Assembly (NCBI GenBank): GCA_951406725.2 | Contig: OX597818.1 | Location: forward strand, 46,438,001 to 46,502,000 | From: Octopus vulgaris | Taxonomy: Eukaryota | Reading direction: 5' to 3' | Length of the DNA: 64,000 bases | Part shown: in pieces, positions 24,150 through 36,189 of the stretch | Layout: each line of letters opens with the position of its first letter | Numbering within the stretch: position 1 is the first letter of the stretch | The notes under the pieces: model-generated | Database searches by the model: none | What the model was told of the DNA's origin: nothing | What the model saw: the letters and a program-made list of their open reading frames with translations, nothing else | Made by a program: the position numbers and the translations under genes

Positions 24150-25204
24150 CATACATACATACATACATACATACATACATACATACATACATACATACAT
24201 ACATACATACATACATACATACATACATGAAATAAATAAGATTTAGCGGTGGAACTGGAAGTAGATAAAGCTGTAAATAACAGCGTGTAGTATATTGGGT
24301 TTAAAAAATGCCTTGGAAGGAAAGGAAAGCTCAAACCCGTATGTTCTGTAAACAAAGCAACTGCTCTAGCCATTATACCCAAACAACAGTCTAAATTTCC
24401 CCCGTTCATTTTAGGATCTTTTTTCTTGTATGTATGTATGTATGTATGTATGTATGTATGTATGTATGTATGTATGTATGTATGTATGTATGTATGTATG
24501 TATGTATGTTTGAATGTATGTATGTATGTATGTATGTATGTATGTATGTATGTATGTTTGAATGTATGTATGTATGTATGTATGTATGTATGTATGTATG
24601 TATGTATGTATGTGTGTATGTATGTATGTTTGAATGTATGTATATATGTATGTATGTATGTTTGAATGTATGTATGTATGTATGTATGATGTATGTATGT
24701 ATGTATGTATATATGTATGTATGTTTTAATGTATGCATGTATGATGTATGTATGTATGTATGTATGTATATATGTATGTATGTATGTGTGTATGTATGTA
24801 TGTTTGAATGTATGTATGTATGTATGTATGTATGTATGATGTATGTATGTATGTATGTATGTATGTTTGAATGTATGTATGTATGTATGTATGTATGTAT
24901 GTATGTATGTATGATGTATGTATATGTATGTATGTATGTATGTATGCATGTATGTAAACATGTGTATATATGTTTATACACATACACACGCACGCATGCG
25001 CATACACACACACACATCTACATATATACATACACACGCAAACATACATGCTATCACCCCAGTTTTTAAAGTGCTCTCTCTATGTTGTTATTTTTTGTCT
25101 CCATTTATGTTGTATTTGGATATTTTAATGCTTTGTATGGCATTGTGCCAATAATAGGGCAAATGTATGGCACGCCCCGCCACTAACTCAATACATGTAT
25201 ATAC

Positions 25205-25235
<31 letters not shown>

Positions 25236-25310
25236 TGTATGTATGTATGTATGTATGTATGTATGTATGTATGTATGAAGGTATATGTGTGTGTATGTAT
25301 ATATATGTAT
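24150..25310. repeat. Compound (CATA)n / (TATG)n microsatellite field
   Basis: Direct observation; main block 24428-24960 has periodic tttgaa interruptions. Confidence 0.95.
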
Positions 25311-25702
25311 GTAGCGTAGACTCTAAATATACGTGCATTAGAACGTAACAGGGAACGATAGGCCTACGGCCGTTGTTTGTATTCCTTTGTGTCCACTACT
25401 CTGATTGGTTGGTATTGGCGCAATTTGTCTCCTACTCTGTTGTTCCAACTGACCGCGTAGCTGAAGGAGGACGACATAGCCGGAAGCTGATGACCACCAG
25501 AAGAGGGAGATAATCCCCATTGTTTATATCCGGTTCGTTTCCCCCTCCATACTTTAAAGAGGTCATAGGCCAACAAGTCTTAGGGTCGAATGATATGCCA
25601 TAAAGGTATTTTTATGGCAAGAAACCCAGGGTAACCCTACAAACAGGCCTTCACGAGTAATATATATATATATATATATATACATACACACACTCACGCA
25701 TG

Positions 25703-25744
<42 letters not shown>

Positions 25745-26959
25745 TATGCATATATAGTAGGAGAGGGAGAAAGAGGGGATGAGCGTAAATTGAAAAAAAA
25801 AACTAAGTTTAGTTATTTTGAAATTTTCCTTGACAGCTCTGAAAGATTTCCTGACAGTTTTGGAAGAAAGATATTTTGAGATTCTTTTGGGAATCATATA
25901 ACACCCCACCTTTTCATACACTAATACTATAGGCAGTGTATCTAAACGAGAAAGACATTAACTTTGGCAGACTTGTCTTAAATTAGATAAGTATATTGCA
26001 GGGATTTATCTCATTTTCAGATAGCTATGCTCTTGGCATACAAAGGGAAAAGCATAGAAAACATTCTGTCCGTGTACAGCCGCTGCAACTGTTTTCCTAG
26101 GGGATCAAAGCAGTGTGAAGATATTAAGTGCAGGACTTGGAACTTATATAAGTTTCGGCCAGCATTGGTCCAGGCCAGGTCTAACTTAATAGCTCCACCT
26201 GGAAAAGTCAGTTAAAACTGCTTCATACACCGTAGCCCATTCGAGTTGAGAGTTATTGTTTGCAGAGATATCTGGGGACAGGTGGCTTATCTGGAATTCG
26301 CCGGAGATAGTGGCCCAGGAACCATTTAAATATTAGGGGATCTTTTTCTCGTATCATTAAGTTTTCAGTTATTGTATGGGGTGTTAGATTTTTCGTTGCG
26401 CCATTGCGTTTTCGTCTCTGTGTAGCTTTTTGAAACTTAGGTGTAAGTTCATATAGATCTCAACGATTTTCTTCTTCTTAAACTTACGGACCCATGGGCC
26501 TATTGCAACATTGTGTGATGCGAAAGACAAGCGACAGAGGTGCGATACGAATGCAAAGGGCAGGTATTAAAGGAGTGAGATGCTATCAAAGTCAGTGATG
26601 TAGACTCGGCACAAGGCGTTGGACGCGATTACCAACATCTTATAGTGGAACATTTAAAAAATTGTGAATGTTTTCAACATGAAACCATTGGTAGTACCGT
26701 TAATCCACATATAAAGAATACTCATCCGCCAAATGCAATATTTAGCATTAATTCTAATTGTTCGCTACTATTGTGTGTTTAAGTGTGTACGTATACATAT
26801 ATACATACATATATACTTACATACATACATCTTGAAGAAGACAGTAGAAGTGACACGAAGCGCAACCTCTCTTGGACACGTGACTGCTACATCACATCAC
26901 ACTTTGAGGGCTATGCGCTTGCAATCTAGGAACAGGAGATTGCCTGGTGAACAAGAGGG

Positions 26960-27710
26960 ATAGTGACGCTCTTGTAATCCCAAGGTGCAACCGCATTTTT
27001 GGCTATGTCATGTTTCTGTGGAAGCCATTACACATGTGATTAGCAGCTGTCCTAAAATGTCGTCACGGTACTACCTTTCTATGTGGCACAATGTTGTTGC
27101 TAAAACAATTTACAATGCCATCCGCAAAAAAGACTGTCTTGAAATAAACTTAGAAAATCCCTCTGTTATGGAATACATTCATAAACACCAACTCAAGGAA
27201 TTGAGGAGACCCCCTTCGGTCATGAATGACCATGGGATTGCACTTAGAAAGTTAGCCTCCCAGGCACAAGTCCGGGCAAGGTTGTTTGTGGAAGGCCAGC
27301 AGTTGCCCATGCATATCAACCTCCTTTCTCCACACCACTGATGTTATCCAAGAGAAAGGCAAAGGCCGATACAGCTTGGCACCAGTGATGTCGCAACTCA
27401 TTTCTACAGCTGAGTTACCCGGAGTAACGTGAAATAATGTGTCTTGCTCAAGAACACAACACGCAGCCCGGGAATCGAACTCACAACCTCATGATCGTAA
27501 GCTCGACGCTCTAACAACTGAGCCATGCGCCTTCACACTCAAGGAATACTGGTGGAATATTTCCATCAAAAACTTCCGTCAAATGTAAACATAACAGGCC
27601 GGATATTGTTTTTTGGGACAGATGGGCAAAGGTATGTACCATCATAGAGGTCAGCTGCCCTGCAGATATAACTATCTCTTTGAAAATCAAAGAAAAAGAA
27701 GATATCTTAA
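26960..27710 (+). mobile_element. R4/Dong LINE fragment (CCHC + RLE) split by a SINE
   Basis: LCHVSVEAITHVISSC...YL..HN.VA; after removing the SINE: EYWWNISIK...HNRPDIVFWDR..KVCTIIEVSCPAD. Confidence 0.8.
27202..27536 (-). mobile_element. Full-length tRNA-derived SINE family D with 11-bp TSD
   Basis: TSD actcaaggaat at 27191-201 and 27537-47; head gaaggcgcatggctcagttgttagagcg...gagttcgattccc (A and B boxes). Confidence 0.9.
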
Positions 27711-27719
27711 CTTGGATGT

Positions 27720-28505
27720 GTTTGAACGCCTTAAGCTGCAGTAGTCATCCTAAGAAATCATCTCGTATCGGCGTTGAGTACTAAAAAGCACAGATTATTA
27801 TATCGGCAGGCGAAATTTCGTCAGGTTCCATTTAGTTTGAGAGCACAACACATCTTTATACGGATGCCCGTACCAATGCAGTCTTCTCTCTGGCTCACTA
27901 CACCTGGTTTCTTTCATGCTCATTTTTTTCTCTTAGCTCATTAGTATGCTCTTGTTTATGTATTCCAGTATTACACATCCATCGAAACGTACTTTGTTTT
28001 TCCCAGCCTCCGCAGATCATCTGCATTCAATGCTCATGTCTCACTACTGTACAGCATCGCGGTGCTTCGCACGCATTTGTCATATAATCTGCTCTTACAT
28101 AAGGTAAGAGGTAACGGCTTTTAAAGTTTTTTCCAGCTCGTTCTTACTCTGGCAACTTTACTCTTAGAACAGCTACCCCACAGCTACTCATGTCCACCAG
28201 GCAACAGATGCTTTCAGTTACTTCTAAGGAGATGCTTGAACATTGAAGAGAGTATTTTTAGTATGTACAACGAAGCCCCTGTTGCATGTGGCGTTTATCT
28301 TCTCTGTTAACTTCTTATGATCCCACTACACCTCTTGGTACATCATACAGAATTCCTTTACCATACCAAATATGGACATTTCTCTGGTGGTGGCAGAGCC
28401 GTCTTCTTTCCTATGTATTAATGCTTTAGTCTTCGAGACTTCTTGATTCCAGGTTTTGTTTCCATATCTGGAATTTCTTTGCTAATTCTACTACAGATAC
28501 ATCTG
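27720..28505 (-). mobile_element. Decayed RTE-clade LINE fragment
   Basis: ELAKKFQIWKQNLESR, RLYDKCVR, AMLYSSET.ALNADDLRRL motifs on the minus strand. Confidence 0.7.
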
Positions 28506-28507
28506 AC

Positions 28508-28551
<44 letters not shown>

Positions 28552-28600
28552 CGTATTGTTAATATTCTGCCACACACATCGCCTAAAGATATATATATAT

Positions 28601-28653
<53 letters not shown>

Positions 28654-28949
28654 TTACAATGTGTATGGAAGAATAATAAACGATAAACAGGTAACTTTTC
28701 ATTGTCACCGCCACCAAAAGTTCTGGTTTTCTGCACTGTTTCTGTTTACCAATTCTCGCTCACGAGGTACTGACTGACAGTGGCTTCATTAATTTACACA
28801 CCTGACAGCAATTGATCGTCAATTGGATTCAAAGGAAAAGAGTATTCTAGAAAAGAAAACATTAACCTTTGGGTAAAGGGGAAAACTGTTCCGAAATACG
28901 CTGGAATTTGTTTCTATTCACGGTAGAAACTGAATTACAAACTGTTAAC

Positions 28950-29280
28950 GATTTCAACACCTGCTGCTGTTATGCAATTCTTGATATCGCAGTCCTATAA
29001 TGTGCGTGTAGTTATCCGAACGAACTGACGCGACCCAAAGATCCTTCTTCCCAACTATACACCATGCCTCCGCCGAGCTGAGGACCATATTGCACAATCC
29101 AGCATGCAGTGATGAATTACATGGAAGAGAAATGTGATAGCCTGGGCATGTAACACTTTCGATATTGTCCAGTCTATTGGTGTACAACCATAGGTTCAGG
29201 TGGTGATCACGATGGATGTAATCGTGATGTACTTGGTCAATGTATAATAGTTTCTCTGCACTTATACACTTGATGGTGTA
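28950..29280 (-). mobile_element. Possible LINE APE endonuclease remnant
   Basis: IVIT..WLY....DN..SV..PGY resembles an APE N-terminus; heavily decayed. Confidence 0.35.
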
Positions 29281-29829
29281 TATCCCCGCACAGTGTTTAG
29301 GGTTACTGAGACTATTGATGTTACTTTTATTTCAGTGCGTTTGTGTTCCGGTTGAGTGAGAAAAACAACGTTTTTAGTATATTGTTGTAGTGTTGTGGGG
29401 TATTGTATTTGTTCCCGGGTGGAAGATCTAAAACCTACACGATGGTCCTCATTTAGTCGATTCTTCTACATCAAGAGAATATGAATGCCAACTTTATGCT
29501 GTGTGCTGTAAATACGCAAAATCGCACAAACACAAACGGACATCTTGTTTAATTTCTAATGTAACGAATTGTGGTAATAGAAAGAATGTTACAGTCTCTA
29601 TCACCTATCCCCACTCTCCACTGGATATTTTTACTGTGAACCATGGTGCAATGATTATTTGACATTTGCTGCATCGCAAAAAAAAAGTGTCATTAAATGA
29701 TGACACGATATCTTAATATGGAAGTAATTAACAAGTTCTTCTAATTCATGCGAACCGAACAGTTTAGAGTGTAACAATTTCTGCAAATTGTTAAGAATAT
29801 TACTTCAAACTTAGGTCTATCATGATCCC

Positions 29830-30012
29830 CAGGACTCATAAAAGGGAGTTTAATCCGGTTTCCATGATGTCAAAGTGGCTGAGATTACAACACTTCCTGA
29901 ACTAGACGCTAGTCCATTGCAAGTTTAACTTCCCAGCACTGCTCGACCCGGATATCGAAATCACTATCTTACGATAACATGTGTAACAACCCAACCACTA
30001 GGTCACGCGCCT
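29830..30012 (-). mobile_element. Decayed tRNA-SINE
   Basis: atcgaaatcactatcttacgat...aaccactaggtcacgcgcct is the reverse of a tRNA-like head. Confidence 0.55.
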
Positions 30013-32291
30013 ACCCATAAGGATATTACTTTCGTAGGATATTTATTCTTAGTTTTAGTGAACATTTGTTATTTCGTTTTTAAATTGCATTAAATCATAA
30101 ACGTAGGATTAAGTATCATATGTGACAGGAATTGTATTATACAAATAATATTGTACCTGGAAGTGTGAAATTATAATCGGGCAATGCCAAATGCTTGGTA
30201 TTTATTAGTTACTAATCTTTTGTGGTTCGTAAAGAAACAAATATTATAGATACTCATCGTCTACACGTCTTGTCATTTACCTTCAAAATAATCGAAAACA
30301 TTTTACCAGATCGTAACGTGTAAGTCCCTCTGAATCGGGTTTTGCATTCTGTTCCATAATTTCTTAAGTTTGTAGTCAAACAATGGTCCCCCTACTTTAC
30401 AGTGTTACATGACCAGTCTAACCGCGGGTCATAATTATTTCTTCATACATGATCATAACAGGAACCACCACGTTTTGTTACGATGTCAGCTAAAAGCAGC
30501 CAAATGAGTAATTTTCTCTTTGCCACCAAAACATTTTTTTTTCTCGTTTGAGCTTGCTATCGGCTATAAAAATAGTCCCCTTCCGAAAGATCGCTTGTGG
30601 TCGAGATGCAGACAGCGATAGACAAGTAGCTGATATGTGTGAACATGACGCGAACGCAGTCATATATGTCGCTACTAAAAGAGCCTAGAGATCACTGAAA
30701 GAAAAGCCTCCTTAACCAAACAATCACCTGTGTATCCTTATAAAAATGTTCCTTCGGCTTACTTTGTTTTCTTTAATCCTTGCATTCATTAAATTCTCTC
30801 ATAAGTGGCAGAACAATTTGGGTTGTTGTTTCAAGTAAAAATTTCTAACTCACACTTTAGAAACAAAACGACAAACATTACACTATAATTCTTAAAGATG
30901 GCAATACCGATTCTTTCTTCATATATCTATTGAGGATTTTCTTTCGTAATTAATGTCCAAACAAGAAGTTCACCTGCAGATTACTTGGCCAAAGGTTCGT
31001 TCTAACAATAAGAAAACAAGCTATGAGTTGGTTAGCAGGAGATTTTTCTGTGATTTTTCAAAGATTGTTATCTTCTTTATTTTAGCTAAAAATAAATGTT
31101 ATTGATTCTTGTTTCTAGTAAGTATATTTTTGCTGGTCATTCATTTACTTTAATACTCTTGTCATTGTAATTAGAGTTCAGATATCTATTGGCTGCTATT
31201 TTTAGTTGAGAGAAAGGATGTTTGTATTTTTCGCCAAACTTGATGTTATCATTTTTTGTTTGTGTAAACCATTATTCATTTGGTAAAGTTTGTACACGAT
31301 TTTTTCCCACTGGACATATTTTTCTCACTTTTTAAATCAGCGTCTAATAAGTTCTTTTTGTTGTATTTATTGTAAGATATTTTTAAATGACCACTATATT
31401 ATGTACAGTTTCTCTCAGTCAATCTAAATTCGACTTAATTTAGTTTAGAACTACCTTTTATTTTTTTAATATAAATTACTGGTTGAAATACTTAGTTTCG
31501 GATTTTCGTTCCGCGTTATTTTGCTTGTCTTGAATTGTTTAATATCCATGATAAAGCTAAACTGGATTCTTGTGCTTTTAGAAGAAATTTCCATCGCTGT
31601 GCCTTCTATCGTCATTTTCTTTATTAGTTACCCTAATGTATTATTATCACCAGTTTTAATTTCGAAATGTTGCAGTGTACACATATTTTATGCTTCCACC
31701 AGAAAGCTATACTCTTAACTGTAACCAACATCGTCGTTCACTACTTAAAATGTTTTCAAGTTTATAAAGCTTTAAATAAAGCTGAAGGGAATATATACTT
31801 CAACTCACGATGAAAGCTTGTTTAAAAAACACAAACACTATCATAGCGTGGTTGATGACTGCATGACGTACAAAATACGTACTGTTGGAAAAACCAAGTC
31901 GACTTCTGCTTCAGTTCCTTTCTATTTATACACCAATAATAAATTACAGATCAGTTAAACAACTAGTATCATTTTAAAAATGTTTTATTAATTTAGTTGA
32001 TTGTCACAATGTGCAATAAACCAAAATATCTGAAAGTTCATGTTAGTGGACTTTTTCATGTTACAGTATTGTTGTTTACCCTGCTTGTTAGTGGTAGTTA
32101 GTGAAGCAAAAACAGGTTTTGTTCTCTTAAAGTTGGTTTAATTTCAAAATAATGTCGAAGTTAAAGGATAATGGATTATTTCAAAAGTTTTAAAATGAAC
32201 ATGGAAGAAATAGCATTATAAATAAGTAGAAAATAATGCATCCTCTACGAAAGCAGCGAATAGCGTTGTTGTTAGCTGAATTGTGATTTTA

Positions 32292-32515
32292 TTATTTTAG
32301 CACAATACAATCTCCGTTAAGGTTGATAGCGAGGATTGCATCATTAACAACTTTCATTTCGCACGAACCGATACCCTGCATAGGGTTTTTGCCCTTCAGA
32401 AGATGTGTGCAGGTTGCCTTCACTGTATCTGAATCGTCATTGGCTTGAATGAGGAATTCTATTGTATGGTCATCAAGGTTTTTAAAATTTCGCATGATAT
32501 GGTAGTCGACCAAAC
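32292..32515 (-). CDS. Unknown small protein, terminal coding exon
   Basis: Minus strand: ttttgtttttattccttgtag|GT TTG...AAA TAA; phase matches the 34492 donor (G+GT=Gly); 73 non-repetitive codons LVDYHIMRNF...GDCIVLK. Confidence 0.72.
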
Positions 32516-34056
32516 CTACAAGGAATAAAAACAAAATAACATTAAAGTGAATTCAGAAGCCGTAAACAATGACAATATTTTTGTAACTACATAAGTTTGA
32601 AGTTGGGAAAAAAAAAGTGATGTAAATATTTTAGTTATTGCTAAACCTTATCCCCAATCAAAACAGATGCGGGATCTTTGTCTTTCTAAGTCTACATCAA
32701 TTCTACACTCTGATGTATCCATTCATACACGAACATTGCTTTCTGAAGCTCCTCCTCCGTTGACCTTGGTGACTTGTTATACTAAGACACTGCATCAACC
32801 AGAGAGATATGGTTCCTTTCTGCCGTGTACTTCATTGTGCGATAGCGTCTCTCTATGAAGCCATACTCGTATGCAACTCGAAAGAAGCATTTGATATTCT
32901 ACTTCTCTAGATTCTCTTTCAGCGATTCTAAACGAAATGCGGTACTATAGCACCTCATCCACCGGCTTCTTTCCAAAAATGTGTTATTCAGCATTGTTGT
33001 ATCTTCAATCACAGTCCCCGTCCAAATCGCCTAATACTGTTCCACCTGCCATCGATTCCGATAGTTTTGCAGTCAAACCCCAAACTTTTCTGATGACCTT
33101 TGGCAGTTGTCGTTATCACCACTATTTCCTTCATCTAAATATTATATATGTAGGAATTAGTGGTCCCTTTCATTATGTTCATTCCTTTCATATTGCCATG
33201 AAGACGGTCTCTATTAATGATCTTTGGTATGGAGTTCAGTCAAAATGAATTTTAGTGTAACAGAACGTCGTATCTTTATAATATTGTCAGCAGACATCTC
33301 AGCTACACAAAGCTGTAGATTTGAAAGGTAGATTTCAAATCAAAGAGATTGCTAAACCTCCCAGGTTTCAATATCAGGGAAGTTGATCAAGGAAGCTAAT
33401 CACGAATTTCAGATTAGCCAATCTATCCAACCTTCCGTAAGTAAATCCTCTCAAACCAAACAACCTTATCATATAAGCATTTCACACCCAGCAGTTACCC
33501 GGTACCCGGTACCCGATCCACTTAACCCTTCTTAACGTGATGAAGCTTCTTTTAGTCTGGTTTCTATTTTCCCTATATCTAACTGGTCATCGTCACTCAT
33601 TTCTAAATATAATGTCAACGTACCAACCTCGGGATACGTTGGTATAATATTTATAACGTCTCGCACTCCACGTAGTTTTGGTAATAATTTCAATTCTTTC
33701 AATCATCCATGTCATTTCACTTCAAATCCTATTCTTCCCTCGGTATATTACATCCTTTATTTGCAGAAATTGCTGCTGGTTCACCATGCAGATAACAAAA
33801 CAACGCACTCTTGCCTCAGTTATTGTTGTTCTACTCCAGGTGTACCAGCTGCTCCCGATGAAAGAAATAAACAACTAGTCTTAACTTACTGTAACTTAAA
33901 ACAAGTAAAGAGGTTAGATTCTTATAGCTACCAGTAAGACGCAATCAGGCTCTCTTATTTACACGTCAACGCCGAAAACACTCTGTCTCTCCTGACATCA
34001 AATTTGTCTGTTTTTTCGACCTCTATATCTACTGACCATACCGCAATTAAAGTTAT

Positions 34057-34360
34057 TGTATTTTCTGGCATATAAGGCGTATCTTATAAAAAATCATCCC
34101 AAGTCTTGTATGCGAAATTGGGCTTCTCAAAAGCTAATTTTACCCCTGTTGTTCACTACTACAGGTTAATACTAACTAAGACGGTTTCTTCCACTTAGCC
34201 TCACTTTTTATACGGTAATGGTTAAAGTACTTTTGTAATGAATTGCTTGATAGCTTTAAATATTTTGCATGCTTTTAATTCACTAAAAACTTTTTTCCTG
34301 AATATGCACTGCTGAAATGGAGTGCGTCTAATATGCATCATTTACGCCATCAAATACGTT
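34057..34360. mobile_element. pogo/Tigger-type MITE in the intron of the unknown gene
   Basis: Ends tgtattttctggcatataaggcg / gtgcgtctaatatgc...tttacgccatcaaatacg. Confidence 0.45.
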
Positions 34361-34491
34361 AATTTTTTTCATAAAAGACAACTATGCTTAATCACTGGTT
34401 GGTACTTTTCTCTAAAATGATGCATCAGTTATCAATCAAAATCCTATATTCTTCTAAATTGTGTATTGAAAACAAGTATAACAAGAATTAC

Positions 34492-34558
34492 CGTCAACTT
34501 TGCTGGCGTCTATCTCCTCCCACTTGCTTGCGTCCACTTTATCAATCAAAGATTCCAT
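34492..34558 (-). CDS. Unknown small protein, first identified coding exon (exon begins 34562)
   Basis: Minus strand: ttttacttttccatgtcatttgtag|AAGA ATG...GAC G|gtaatt; MESLIDKVDASKWEEIDASKVD plus 1 nt (phase 1). Confidence 0.7.
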
Positions 34559-34681
34559 TCTTCTACAAATGACATGGAAAAGTAAAATGTAAGTACATTA
34601 CAGTACATTTATTGGTTGCATTTTTAAAAAAGAAGATAATAATAATAATGATGATAATAATAATAATAATAATAATAATAC

Positions 34682-34977
34682 TAAACCACCGTCAGCTCTT
34701 GAAAATGACCACATTTCACTCCTTTGGAACTTTACTGTTCAAACAGACAGAAAGATAGATGCAAATAGGCCAGACATTATATTGAAGGATTTCAGACAAA
34801 AATCATGCCTCCTCATCGATATGACCGTCCCAACCGACATAAATGTATTTGCAAAAACCTACCAAAAACTGAGCGAGTATAAATATCTTGAAGCAGAAAT
34901 TGGCAAATGTGGAACCCCAAGGCTAAACCAATACCTGTTGTCATAGGAGCCCTAGGAATGATAACAAAAGGGGCTGA
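34682..34977 (+). mobile_element. R4/Dong RLE fragment, same subfamily as 4935-6770
   Basis: Close match to about 6190-6490; follows (TAA)n. Confidence 0.85.
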
Positions 34978-35018
34978 TGATGATGATTATCCTTATTATT
35001 ATTATTATTATTATTATT

Positions 35019-36084
35019 CAGTAGTTTTATTTTTATTTTTATAGCGTGCTTTCACTTCACTACCGAGCGCAGCTCTGTGTGCCTTGGGTATGTGCTGTGA
35101 TTTGTTGTGATGCTCTGATGGTTATTGTATGGAAAGTGTTCTGCGTAGGATGTGTGCAGTGCCTAGTAGTGCAATTTTCTGTATGTTATATGTGTTTGTA
35201 AGTCCTGGTGTTTTTGTTATGTATTTGTCTGAATATTTTTTTATCATGCCTAATGCACCTACTATGATAGGAATTGTTTCTGTTTTCAGATTCCACATTC
35301 TAGTTACCTCTATTTCCAGGTCTTTGTATTTTGAGAGTTTCTCCATTTCTTTTAGAGACACGTTGTCATCTGCCGGTACTGATACATCAATTAGAAAGCA
35401 TTTTTTTTCTTCATGGTCTCTGACAACTATATCTGGTCTGTTGGCCTTAATTTCTCTATCTGTGTGTATCGGCATATCCCAGAGTATGGTTGCTTTCTCG
35501 TTTTCTGTGACCTTTTCTGGTGTGTGCCTATACCATCTTTTTTCTGTTGTTATTCCATAATGTTGGCATAGCTTCCAATGTATGTAAGTTCCAACTCTGT
35601 CATGTCTGTGAATATATTATTTCTTAGCCAGGACTGGGCAGCTAGAGATAATATGATTTATTGTTTCTTGTCCATCTCCACATATTCTGCAGTTACTTGT
35701 AATATTTCTTTTCATTACATGTTTTTGGTAATTTCTGGTGGGGAGGCTTTGGTCTTGTGCTGCAATTAAAAATCCCTCTGTTTCTGCTTTGAGTCTTGAG
35801 CTTCTCAACCATTGCTGGGATTTTTCTTTGTCTATTTCTTTTGCGTTTAGTTTAGTCCAGTATTTACCATGAAGGGGCTTTTCTTGCCATCGTTTTATCA
35901 TGGTTCGTTGCTGTTCTATTTTTAGTTTGGATTTCATTTTTTTTATAGCTTTTGTTGTTTCTTCATCTTCTTCTTCTTCTTCATGTTTATTAGGTGGTAT
36001 GATTTCTTGTTTGTATTTGTCAGCTTCCTTAAATACTGAGAACAGTTTTTTGTTTTGCTCGTGTTTTGCCGCTATCTTGATCAG

Positions 36085-36087
<3 letters not shown>
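35019..36087 (-). mobile_element. Young 5'-truncated R4/Dong LINE (CCHC + RLE)
   Basis: ETEGFLIAAQDQSL.TRNY, CRICGDGQETINHIISSC, RPDIVV...LIDVSVP...EKLSKYKDL...IIVGALG; (TAA)n at both ends. Confidence 0.93.
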
Positions 36088-36177
<90 letters not shown>

Positions 36178-36189
36178 CATTATTATTCC

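Noticed and set aside
23084-25154. Long ORFs of HTYI/MYVC/HT/CV repeats (up to 323 aa)
   Set aside because: Translations of stop-free microsatellites, not genes.
26200-26530. RNase H-like remnant (KWFLGH) on the minus strand
   Set aside because: Only one motif is recognisable; too degraded to support a call.
27460-27536. tRNA gene
   Set aside because: tRNA-like A/B boxes continue into a SINE body with TSD; no proper acceptor stem or terminator. The same applies to 57447-57505 and 59589.
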